DNA of 64,000 nt from an uncultured Thermoleophilia bacterium (GTDB taxonomy: Bacteria; Actinomycetota; Thermoleophilia; UBA2241). The stretch lies in NCBI GenBank assembly GCA_963747935.1, contig CAVVGY010000005.1, positions 197,620 through 261,619 of the forward strand, in the 5' to 3' direction. The translations under genes and the position numbers were made by a program. The notes under the pieces are model-generated. The model ran no database searches, was not told the origin of the DNA, and was given only the letters and a program-made list of their open reading frames with translations. Shown here piece after piece: positions 47,663 through 57,182 of this stretch; the stretch's first letter is position 1, and every line of letters begins with the position of its first letter.

Positions 47663-49354
47663 CGGCCGCACCCGGCTGAGCCTCCCCACGCGCCGCGACC
47701 TGCTGCACGACCTGGTCGCGGGGCTCACCGTCGGGGCCTCGCAGGTCGGCAATGCGATGGCCTACACCATGCTCGCCGGGGTGCCGCCGGTCCACGGCCT
47801 CTACGCCGTCGCGGCGGGTACGCCGGCGGGGGCGCTCACCGGCGGGTCGCAGCGCATGCCGATGGTGCCTACGGCGGCGCTCTGCCTGGCGGCCGGCGGC
47901 GCGCTCGCCACGCTCCCGGCGGACAAGCGCGTCGTCGGCCTCTTCACGCTGGCCGCGCTCACCGGCGCCCTCATGCTCGTCCTCGGCCTCCTGCGCGCCG
48001 GCGGCCTTGTGCGCTTCGTCTCCAACGCGGTGATGATCGGCCTCATGGGCGGGATCGGCGTCACGATCCTGCTGTCGCAACTCGGTGCGCTCACCGGCTT
48101 CTCCAGCCGCTACGACAACAAGGTGCTCAAGGCCGCCGATCTGTTCATGCACCCGGGCGCGTCGGACGTGGAGACCACCGTCATCGGACTCGTCACGGTC
48201 GCGCTGGTCGTGGCGCTCAGGCATACGCGGCTCAAGCTCTTCGCCATGGCGCTGCCGCTGCTGGTCATGACGGTGGTCGTGGCGCTGCTCCAGGTGGACT
48301 CGATCGCGGTCGTGGGTGACATCGCACCCATCCCGCGCTCGTTGCCCCTGCCCCGGCTTCCCGATCTGGCGCTGGTGCCGGTCGCTGGTGGTGCCGGCGC
48401 TGTCCCTCGTGATCATCGGCCTCGTCCAGGGGGCGGGCATCAGCCGCACCGTCGCCAACGCGGACGGCTCGTTCGGCGACACCAGCCGGGACTTCGTGGG
48501 GCAGGGGGTGGCCAACGTGTTCTCGGGGATGTTCAGCGGCGGCGTGGTGGGCGGCTCCGTGCAGGCGACGGCGCTCAACGTGGGCGCGGGCGCGCGCACG
48601 CGGTGGTCATCGGTCATCACCGCGGCCTTCGTCGTGGTGGTGCTGCTCGCGGCCGCCCCGCTCGTGCAGCAGGTGCCGCTCGCCGTCACCGCCGGCATCC
48701 TCATCGTGGCCGCGACCAGCGCGCTGCAGCCGCGCGCCGCGCTGGACGTGTGGAGGGCCGACAGGGTGTCCGCCCTCATCATGCTCGTCACGTTCGCCCT
48801 GGTCCTGATCGTGCCTCTGCAGTACGCCGTGCTCGCCGGGGCGGGGATCTCGGTGCTCAAGTACCTCTACCTCTCGTCGGTCGACGTGCACGTCAAACAG
48901 GTCGTGCTGGACGGCGACGGGCTGCCGAGGGAGCTGGACGCTCCTGCGGAGCTCTCCGGCGACGACGTCACCGTGCTGGACATCTACGGCAGCCTGTTCT
49001 TCGCGGCCGCCCCCAAGATCCGCTCGTCCCTGCCGGCGGTGGGCGAGCGCGCACTGCCCCGTGGTGGTGCTGCGCCTCCGCGGCCGCGGCACGCTGCACA
49101 GCGCGACCATCGTGGTGCTGCGCGAGTACGCGGCCGAGTGCGCGGCCGGGGGCGGCCGGCTGTACCTCGCCGGCGTCGGCAGCGAGATGGAGGAGCAGCT
49201 CAGGCGCACGGGAGTGCTGGACCTGCTGGGCCCCGACGCCGTGGTCACGGCCACGGACGAGTTGTACGGCGCCTGCGCCCTGGCGCAGGCGCGGGGACGC
49301 GACTGGCTTGCGGCCCGCACCGACGGTCTGCCGGGAGGCCCTCGCACCGTCTGA
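47643..49354 (+). pseudogene. SulP-family anion transporter with STAS domain, two frameshifts (about 48381 and 49054)
   Basis: Three consecutive frames. ..AGLTVGASQVGNAMAYTMLAGVPPVHGLY..PDLALVP | SLVVPALSLVIIGLVQGAGISR..DIYGSLFFAAAPKI..GERA | CPVVVLRLRGRGTLHSATIVVL.. Confidence 0.85.
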
Positions 49355-49424
49355 CCGGCGCGGCCGCCGGGACCGGCACTCGGGTCGGCGCCTGCGTGAT
49401 CGGCCGACCCGCGCTACCGACGTG

Positions 49425-49649
49425 TCAGTCGCCGCCCTGGAGCCCGCGTTCCGGGTGCTCGCCGCACCAGTCGTCCGGCTCGGTGAGCGGGAAATCGCGC
49501 GGGGGGCTCGGCGGGTACCGGCGGCACTCACCCTTGTCGTTGGCGGTGCGGATCTCCACCTGCTCGGACGCTGCCTCCGACCAGCGGTACTCGATCCGGT
49601 CGGGCAGCCGCGACCACATGGGGCAGGTCGCACACCTGGGTTCGTCCAT
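49425..49649 (-). CDS. Hypothetical small Cys-containing protein (74 aa)
   Basis: ATG 49649 after AGGGG (MDEPRCATCPMWSRLPDRIEYRW..). Weak evidence. Confidence 0.35.
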   Translation of the reverse strand: MDEPRCATCPMWSRLPDRIEYRWSEAASEQVEIRTANDKGECRRYPPSPPRDFPLTEPDDWCGEHPERGLQGGD

Positions 49650-49729
49650 GGAGCACCCCTTCTCGCTGAGCGGTTCGGCAGGAGCGTACCCTCCGCGCCC
49701 CCCAGAGCGCCATCCGGATCCCGGAGCGC

Positions 49730-50575
49730 TCAACCCACCGTGATGCACACGATGCCGGCGAACACGAGGCCGGCGGCGACCCACTGCAGGGGCCTGAGCC
49801 GTTCGTGCAGTACGGCGGCCGCCCACGCCATCGTGACCGCCGGGTTGAGCCAGCCGAGGACTCCCACCACGCTCAGGTAGCCGTGGGCGGTCGCGGAGGT
49901 GAACAGGATGTTGGCGGCCGCGATCAGCACGCCGACGACCACGAGCGTGGGGAGCGCTCGCCTGCGCAGCCGGATCGTCGGGCGGGTGGCGGCGGCGGCG
50001 ACGAGCAGGGTCAGCGCCGCCGTGGTGCGCGCCACCGTCACCGTGTACAGGGGCGCGGCCTTGTCGCCGTAGCTCAGGGCGACGAGGAAGAGGCCCATGG
50101 CGACTGCGCAGAGGATCGCCATGAGGATGCCGGTCCGGGCGCGCGAGCGCGCCTCGCCGGCATCCCTCCGTCCCGTGCTCGAGATCAGGATCATCCCGAG
50201 CAGCGCACAGGCGATGCCGAGGACCTGGACGGCGCCGGGCCGCTCACCGGTCGCGACGCCCCACAGTACCGGCACGAGAGCGGCGCCGGCGATGATCGGC
50301 GACACGAGGCTCAGGTCGGCGAGGGCGAACGCCCGGTAGCCGAGGACGACCCCGACGCCGCCGACCAGGCCGCCCACCGCCGGCGCGACCAGGGCGCCCG
50401 GCGTGGGACGGTCGGGCGTGAGCGCCACGAGCAGGACGACCAGCGAGAGGGCGGCGACGACCTGCCCGCCCAGCGCGACGGTCCAGGCGGTCGAGCGTCG
50501 CGATTCGAGGCCGGCGAGGAAGTCCGACGTGCCCCACGAGAAGCTCGCCAGCAGGGCGAGGAGGGCGGCCGTCAC
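49730..50575 (-). CDS. EamA/DMT family transporter
   Basis: 281 aa, 10 TM helices (SFSWGTSDFLAG..). Lies 14 nt downstream of the Lrp-like gene. Confidence 0.8.
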   Translation of the reverse strand: MTAALLALLASFSWGTSDFLAGLESRRSTAWTVALGGQVVAALSLVVLLVALTPDRPTPGALVAPAVGGLVGGVGVVLGYRAFALADLSLVSPIIAGAALVPVLWGVATGERPGAVQVLGIACALLGMILISSTGRRDAGEARSRARTGILMAILCAVAMGLFLVALSYGDKAAPLYTVTVARTTAALTLLVAAAATRPTIRLRRRALPTLVVVGVLIAAANILFTSATAHGYLSVVGVLGWLNPAVTMAWAAAVLHERLRPLQWVAAGLVFAGIVCITVG

Positions 50576-50588
50576 GGACCGGGCGGGG

Positions 50589-51177
50589 TCAGGAGGAGAG
50601 TTCGTCTCCGTCGAGGGTCACTCCGTCCCCGCTCGGAGCCGGCCCGAGGCCGACGTCCTCGCCCTCCCAGTTGTAGAAGAACTTCTCGGTGCGCAGCACG
50701 TTCCACGTCTGGGTGCCGGCGATGCCGTCGATCTTCTCGAGGTCCTCGTTGAGGAACTTGAACAGGCCCTCCATGTGCGGCAGGTAGGCCTGGATGATGA
50801 TGTCGAAGTTGCCGGCCACGTAGGCGACGTAGGCCACGTTCTCCATCTCCGCGAGCCTGCGCCCGACCTCGCGGACCTTGCCGCGCTGCACGTTGATGCC
50901 GACCATGGCGTCGATGGGGAAGCCGATGGGCGCCGGGTTGATGCGCGCCGCGTTGATGATGGCCCCGGCGTGCACCAGCCGGTCGATGCGCTTGCGCACG
51001 GTGGGCTCGGAGAGTCCGACCGGTGCGGGCGATGTGGGCGTAGCTCAGGCGCGCGTCGTGGCGCAGCAGCTTCATGATCTGACGGTCCACGTCGTCAAGC
51101 TCTATGGTACCGTGGGGCAGGGAGCCCTGACGGACGATTGGTTGGCTTTCGCTTTGGCTATCGCTTTCGCCGTTCAT
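50589..51177 (-). pseudogene. Lrp/AsnC family transcriptional regulator, frameshifted at about 51021
   Basis: HTH half (LDDVDRQIMKLLRHDARLSYAHIART) and the continuation (VGLSEPTVRKRIDRLVHAGAI.. plus RAM/AsnC_trans_reg domain) are in adjacent frames. Start is ATG 51177 or GTG 51237. Confidence 0.8.
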
Positions 51178-51310
51178 AAGAGCGAAGTATAGCGATTCGC
51201 CACGAATCTGTTCAAGGAACTGTTCGGAATCCGTCACTTCACCTATGAATCCGCAGGTTCCGTCTTGTCAGCCCTGCGCTCGCGGTGGTAACCTCTCCTC
51301 TCAAGGACGC

Positions 51311-51340
51311 TTGACAGACGGGTGACTCGATGACCATAGT
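51311..51340 (+). promoter_or_regulatory. Candidate promoter TTGACA-N18-CATAGT of the ABC importer operon
   Basis: -35 at 51311-51316, -10 at 51335-51340. Confidence 0.45.
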
Positions 51341-51352
51341 GTCGTTCGTGTA

Positions 51353-51367
51353 CCCACCCGGGTGGAT
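51353..51367. promoter_or_regulatory. Operator palindrome CCCACC-CG-GGTGGAT, site 4
   Basis: 13 nt downstream of the -10. An extra CCACCC half-site lies about 20 nt further on. Confidence 0.6.
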
Positions 51368-51536
51368 GGTCACTGGGCCACCCATCCGGAGAGCGTCACA
51401 GGGGTGTGCAGAGCCGGGGGGCTCGCTGCGGGCGGTGTGACCTACCATCGTTCCGCATTCCCTGCCTCCTGGGCGCGTGTGAGAGCAAGTGTGAGACTGG
51501 ACCTTCAGGTAACGACCAAGACAGGGGGACGGGAAC

Positions 51537-53181
51537 GTGACTGACAAGGATCAGCGCAGTCCATCAGGGTTCGAGGAGATCGGCGAGCTCGTCAACGGCA
51601 AGCGCATCTCGCGCCGCAGCCTGATCAAGGGCGCCGCCGCGATGGGCGCGGTCGCGGCTCTGGGACCGATCGCCGCGGCGTGCGGCAGCAGCAGCAGCGA
51701 CACCGGCTCGTCGGCCAGCCCGGCGGCGGGCGCCAGCGCCACCAAGGGCGGCGACCTCATGGTCGGCATCGTCGGCGGCTCGGCCAAGGACACGGCCGAC
51801 CCGCACACCGGCTCGTACGAGCCCGACATCGCCATCCAGTACATCATGTACGAGGGCCTCACCGCGTGGGACTTCGACATGAACCTCACCAACCTCCTGG
51901 CCGAGACCATCGAGCCCAACGCCGAGGGTACCGTCTGGCAGGTCAAGCTGCGCGACGGCGTGACGTGGCACGACGGCAAGCCCCTCACCGCCGACGACGT
52001 GGTGTACTCGCTGGACCGCATCGTCGACCCGAAGGACCCGAAGGTCGGCGCCGCCGCTCTCACCGGCGTCACCAAGGGCGGCAACAAGAAGGTCGACGAC
52101 GAAGACCGTGGAGATCACGCTCTCGACGGCCAACGTGCTGCTGGACGAGAACCTGGCGGAACGCAGCTGCAAGATCGTGCCCGTGGGCTTCGACCCGAAG
52201 GCCCCGATCGGCAGCGGCCCGTTCAAGATGCTCGAGATGAAGCCCGGTGAGTCGTTCAAGTGGGCCAACTTCACCGAGTACTGGAACACGCCCGCGTATG
52301 TCGACACGCTCACCATGATCGAGTACGCCGACGACACGGCGCGCATCAACGCTCTGCAGAGCGGCCAGATCCAGGCCATGTCGCAGCTTCCGAAGAGCCA
52401 GGCCAAGGTCATCGAGGCCACGGACGGCCTGGCGCTCCTCAACGCCGAGACCGGTGCGTGGCGTCCGTTCACCATGCGCATCGACGCCAAGCCGTACAGC
52501 GACGTGCGCGTGCGGCAGGCGTTCCGGCTCATCGTCGACCGCCAGCAGATGATCGACCAGGCGTACAGCGGCCTGGGCGCCGTGGCCAACGACATGTACG
52601 CCCGGTACGACGCCGGTACGCCGCAGCTCGAACAGCGCGTGCAGGACATCGAGCAGGCCAAGTCCCTGCTCAAGCAGGCCGGCTACGACAACAACCTCAC
52701 CGTCGAGCTCGTCACCTCCGAGGGCGCGCTGGGCGGCGACGAGGTCGCAGCGGCGCAGGTGTTCGCCGAGCAGGCCAAGGCCGCCGGCGTCACGGTGAAG
52801 ATCAAGAAGACCGACGCCAGCGTCTTCTACGGCGACGACTACCTCTCCTGGCCGTTCGCGCAGGACTTCTGGGCCACGCGTGGCTTCCTCGCGCAGGCCA
52901 GCCAGGGCACCATGCCGGACGCGCCGTACAACGAGACGCATTGGCAGAACCCCGAGTGGCTGTCCCTGGTGCAGAAGGCGTTCAAGACCGTCGACGACGG
53001 CCAGCGCAACGACCTGATCAGCCAGGCCCAGCAGATCGAGCAGGAGACCGGCGGCTACATCGTGTGGGCGTGGCGTAACCAGGTCGACGCCTATTCCAAG
53101 ACGACCACCGGCTACAAGCTGGACAAGCTCGGCGGTCCCATCGGCCGCATGTACTTCAAGGACGTGTACTTCACGGCCTGA
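51537..53181 (+). pseudogene. ABC transporter substrate-binding lipoprotein, family 5 (Opp/Dpp/Nik type), frameshifted at 52101
   Basis: Tat-like RRSLIKGAAAMGAVAAL plus lipobox AAAC. ..GNKKVDD | KTVEITLSTANVLLDEN.. continues in the next frame. Confidence 0.85.
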
Positions 53182-53196
53182 TCGCGAGTAGACATC

Positions 53197-53235
53197 GACC
53201 GCGGGCGCGGGGTGATCCTCCCCGCGCCCGCGGTC
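53197..53235 (+). terminator. 16-bp perfect intra-operon hairpin after the binding-protein gene
   Basis: GACCGCGGGCGCGGGG-TGATCCT-CCCCGCGCCCGCGGTC. Typical of an mRNA stabiliser or partial terminator between an SBP gene and its permease genes. Confidence 0.5.
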
Positions 53236-53373
53236 CACTCCGGTGACGAGCACTGCCGCGGTGCTCGCTCGATCGTGACGTCATCCGCGGCGGCCTGTGA
53301 CCCCGCTTCCCTGTAGTTCCCCCCGAGAGGCAGTCATCATGATCAGTAGAACCGAAAGAGGGAGAGGCCGTTC

Positions 53374-54339
53374 ATGCCCCCGCTTCTGAAGCTGATCCTC
53401 ATCCGGATCGGCCTGGGGGTGCTCACGCTGTTCCTGGTGTCCATCGTCGTCTTCGTCGCGACACAGGCTCTCCCTGGCGACACCGCCAAGGCGATCCTCG
53501 GCAGGGAGGCGGTCAACAAGGAGCGGTACGAGGCGCTCAAGGAGCAACTCGGGCTCAACAAGCCGGTCGCCTCGCAGTACCTCGACTGGCTCGGCGGTGT
53601 GGTCACCGGCGACTTCGGCGACTCGCTCGTGCAGGGCTCGCCGGTCACCAGCCTCATCGGCCATCGCGTCCTCAACTCCTTCATCCTGGTGTTCGTCGCG
53701 GCTCTCGTGAGCGTGCCCGTCTCGCTCCTCCTGGGCTCCCTCACCGCGTTACGAAGAGACAGCAAGTTCGACGCGAGCGTCACCGTCGGCAGCTTGGCGA
53801 TGGCGGCGCTGCCGGAGTTCGTGATCGGCATCATCCTCATCCTGCTGTTCGCCACCCAGGTGTTCAAGATCCTGCCGGCGACGTCCCGGGTGGACTCGAG
53901 CGTGCCGATCGTGGAGCAGCTCGACCTGTTCATCCTGCCTGCGCTCACACTCACGCTGGCGGTAGCGCCGTACATCACCCGTATCCTGCGCGCCAGCACC
54001 ATCGAGGTGCTGGAGAGCGAGTACGTGATGATGGCGCGCCTCAAGGGCTTGCCCGAGCGGCTGGTGCTCAACCGGCACGCGCTCCCCAACGCGCTGGCCC
54101 CGGCGCTCCAGGTCACGGCGCTCAACCTGGCCTGGCTGGCCGGCGGCGTCGTCGTGGTCGAGTACCTGTTCGCCTTCCCCGGCATCGGCTCGCTGCTCGT
54201 CGACTCCGTCGCCAACCGCGACATGCCCATGGTGCAGGCGATCACCCTGATCATCGCCGCGGTGTACGTGGTCGCCAACCTGACGGCCGACATCCTCACG
54301 ATCCTCGTCAGCCCACGACTCAGGACGGGCCTGCGATGA
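53374..54339 (+). CDS. ABC transporter permease (DppB/OppB type)
   Basis: 321 aa, six TM helices, EAA-like loop (YVMMARLKGLPE). Confidence 0.9.
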   Translation: MPPLLKLILIRIGLGVLTLFLVSIVVFVATQALPGDTAKAILGREAVNKERYEALKEQLGLNKPVASQYLDWLGGVVTGDFGDSLVQGSPVTSLIGHRVLNSFILVFVAALVSVPVSLLLGSLTALRRDSKFDASVTVGSLAMAALPEFVIGIILILLFATQVFKILPATSRVDSSVPIVEQLDLFILPALTLTLAVAPYITRILRASTIEVLESEYVMMARLKGLPERLVLNRHALPNALAPALQVTALNLAWLAGGVVVVEYLFAFPGIGSLLVDSVANRDMPMVQAITLIIAAVYVVANLTADILTILVSPRLRTGLR

Positions 54340-55259
54340 GCACCCCAGAGATGAGAGTCAACGACTCAGAACTCGTCGAGCCGCCCGTCGTGCACGCCGA
54401 CCGCCGGCCCTCCGAGTGGATCATGATGCTGCGCGAGGCGTGGAGCATGCGCCGCACCAAGATCGGCGTCGCCATCTTCGGCGTCATCGTCCTCATCGCC
54501 GTCGTCGGGCCCTGGGTGGCGCCGTACTCGCCCACCGAGTTCGTCGCCCCGCCGTTCTCGCCGCCGGCCATCCCCAAGATGTGGCTGGGTAGCGACTACA
54601 TCGGGCACGACGTGCTCACGCGCGTGCTCTACGGCGGCCGCACAGTCATCCTGCTCGCCCTCGCGGCCACCGTCATCGGCCTCGTCCTGGGCGTGACCCT
54701 GGGACTCATCACCGGCTACGCGCGGCGCTGGATCGACGAGTCCATCATGCGCATCCTGGACGTCGTCCTCGCCTTCCCGCAGATCGTGCTCGCGCTGCTC
54801 TTCGTCTCCATCCTCGGGCCAAGGCTGTGGCTCATCGTGGTCATCGTCGGCATCTCGCACGCACCGCGCATCGCGCGTGTCGCGCGTGCCGCCACGCTCG
54901 AGGTCTCACAGCGCGACTTCGTTCGCGCGGCCGAGGCCTTCGGCATCGCCCGGTGGAAGATCCTCTTCAACGAGATCCTGCCGAGCATCACCAGCCCGCT
55001 GCTGGTCGAGTTCGGTCTTCGGCTGACCTACTCCATCGGCGTCATCGCCGCCTTGTCGTTCCTCGGGTTCGGCATGCAGCCGCCGGCGGCCGACTGGGGC
55101 CTCATGATCAACGAGAACCGCATCGGCATCATCATCCAGCCGTGGCCGGTGCTCGTGCCCGTGCTGCTCATCGGTATCCTGACCATCGGGACCAACCTGA
55201 TCGCGGACGGCCTCGGCCGCGCCTTGATCGGGATCGAACGCGACACGGGGGTGGGGTGA
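54336..55259 (+). CDS. ABC transporter permease (DppC/OppC type)
   Basis: 307 aa. Overlaps its neighbours by 4 and 1 nt. Confidence 0.9.
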   Translation: MSTPEMRVNDSELVEPPVVHADRRPSEWIMMLREAWSMRRTKIGVAIFGVIVLIAVVGPWVAPYSPTEFVAPPFSPPAIPKMWLGSDYIGHDVLTRVLYGGRTVILLALAATVIGLVLGVTLGLITGYARRWIDESIMRILDVVLAFPQIVLALLFVSILGPRLWLIVVIVGISHAPRIARVARAATLEVSQRDFVRAAEAFGIARWKILFNEILPSITSPLLVEFGLRLTYSIGVIAALSFLGFGMQPPAADWGLMINENRIGIIIQPWPVLVPVLLIGILTIGTNLIADGLGRALIGIERDTGVG

Positions 55260-57082
55260 TGGCGACGACGATCACTGACGGGACCGCTGCGACGCCGGAG
55301 CTCGTGACCGTCCTCGAGGTCGAGGGCCTGCGCATCGTCCTCGATCCTTCGGGAGTGGACATCGACGACGATGTCTCGATGGTCATCCATCGCGGCGAGG
55401 TGCTCGGGTTGGTAGGCGAGTCCGCCTCCGGCAAGACGACCGTCGGCACCAGCCTGCTCGACTACCAGCGTCGCGGCGCCAAGATCGCCGGCGGACGCGT
55501 CGAGATCGACGGACAGGACATCCTGGCGATGGACCCCGCCGCCCTGCGCGGCATCCGCGGCGGGGCCATCAGCTACGTCCCCCAGGACTCCTCGGCGGCG
55601 CTCAACCCGGCGCTGCGCATCGGCACCCAACTCATGGAGATCCTCGAGGTGCACGGCTTCGGCTCCTCGCAGGCTGACCGCGAGGCCCGCCTGACCCAGA
55701 TGATGGAAGAGGTGCTGCTGCCGTCCGACAAGGCGTTCCTGAAGCGCTACCCGCATCAGCTCTCCGGTGGCCAGCAGCAGCGCGTCGCCATCGCCATGGC
55801 GTTCGCCAACCGGCCTAAGGTCATCGTCCTCGACGAGCCGACCACCGCCTTGGACGTCACGACGCAGGCGCACGTGCTGGACACGGTCCGCGACCTCACC
55901 AAGTCCTACGGGGTCGCGGCGCTCTACATCACCCACGACCTCGCCGTCGTCTCCAACCTCGCCGACCGCATCGCTGTCATGTACGCCGGGAGGGTCGTCG
56001 AGGTCGGCACGCGCGACGAGCTGTTCGACCAAGGGCATCACCCGTACACGCGCAAGCTGCTCGCCTCCATCCCCGACATCACCGGGGAGCGCGCGCTGCG
56101 CGGCATCTCCGGCTGGGCGCCGCGCCCGGGCCAGCGACCGAGCGGCTGCGCCTTCACGCCGCGCTGCGACTGGGCGGTCGACAAGTGCAGCGAGGCGTTC
56201 CCGCCGGTCGAGGATGTGAGCCCCGGCCACCACGTGCGCTGCTGGCGCTACAAGGAGGTCGGCGCGCAGGCGGCCGGGCTCGACATCCTGCTGCGCGACA
56301 AGTCGCTCTCGGCTCCTCAGGCACAGGAGAAGCAGGTCATCAGCGTGCGCGACGTGACGGCCTACTACCAGCACAAGGAGATACTTCACGGCATCAACGC
56401 GAGCCTCAGCGAGCGCCGCTGCCTGGCGCTCGTCGGGGAGTCGGGGTCCGGCAAGACGACCCTGGCGCGCTGCATCGCCGGCCTGCATCGGCACAAGATC
56501 GTCGGCGACATCGACTTCATGGGCAAGCCGCTCGCGCGCGACGCGCGTGGCCGGCCGCGCTCGACCCGCCAGTCGATCCAGTACATCTTCCAGAGCCCCT
56601 ACAGCTCGCTCAACCCACGCAAGACGATCGCCCAGATCATCTCGCAGCCGCTGAAGGTCTTCTTCGACCTCTCGCGCGACGAGATGGAGGACCGGATGGT
56701 GAAGGCGCTCGAGCAGGTGGCGCTCGACTCGTCCCTGCTGAGCCGCTACCCGGACCAGCTGTCCGGCGGCGAGCGTCAGCGTCTGGCCATCGCGCGCAGC
56801 CTCGCCGCCGAGCCGACGGTGCTGATCTGCGACGAGGTGACCTCGTGGCTGGACGTCTCGGTACAGGCGGCGATCATCGAACTGCTGGCGGCCCTGCAGC
56901 GCGACATGGATCTCTCGATGCTGTTCGTCACCCACAACCTGGCCCTGGTGCGCAGCATCTCCCAGGAGGTGGCGGTGATGAACGACGGCCGCATCGTGGA
57001 GTACGGGCTCGTCGACGCGGTGCTCGAAGACCCGCAGGCCGACTACACGAAGAAACTGCTGTCGGACACGCCGACGGTGTAG
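55259..57082 (+). CDS. Fused double ATP-binding subunit of the Opp/Dpp-type ABC transporter
   Basis: Two Walker A motifs (GESASGKTT, GESGSGKTT) and two signature motifs (LSGGQQQRV, LSGGERQRL). Stop is TAG 57080-57082. Confidence 0.9.
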   Translation: MATTITDGTAATPELVTVLEVEGLRIVLDPSGVDIDDDVSMVIHRGEVLGLVGESASGKTTVGTSLLDYQRRGAKIAGGRVEIDGQDILAMDPAALRGIRGGAISYVPQDSSAALNPALRIGTQLMEILEVHGFGSSQADREARLTQMMEEVLLPSDKAFLKRYPHQLSGGQQQRVAIAMAFANRPKVIVLDEPTTALDVTTQAHVLDTVRDLTKSYGVAALYITHDLAVVSNLADRIAVMYAGRVVEVGTRDELFDQGHHPYTRKLLASIPDITGERALRGISGWAPRPGQRPSGCAFTPRCDWAVDKCSEAFPPVEDVSPGHHVRCWRYKEVGAQAAGLDILLRDKSLSAPQAQEKQVISVRDVTAYYQHKEILHGINASLSERRCLALVGESGSGKTTLARCIAGLHRHKIVGDIDFMGKPLARDARGRPRSTRQSIQYIFQSPYSSLNPRKTIAQIISQPLKVFFDLSRDEMEDRMVKALEQVALDSSLLSRYPDQLSGGERQRLAIARSLAAEPTVLICDEVTSWLDVSVQAAIIELLAALQRDMDLSMLFVTHNLALVRSISQEVAVMNDGRIVEYGLVDAVLEDPQADYTKKLLSDTPTV

Positions 57083-57182
57083 AGGGCTCCGGCGGCGGGC
57101 GGACGCAGCTCCGCCCGCCGCCGGACGCCTTGCCCCGCCAGACCCATCGAATCGACCTGAGCAACAAGATCGGAGGAGGCCG

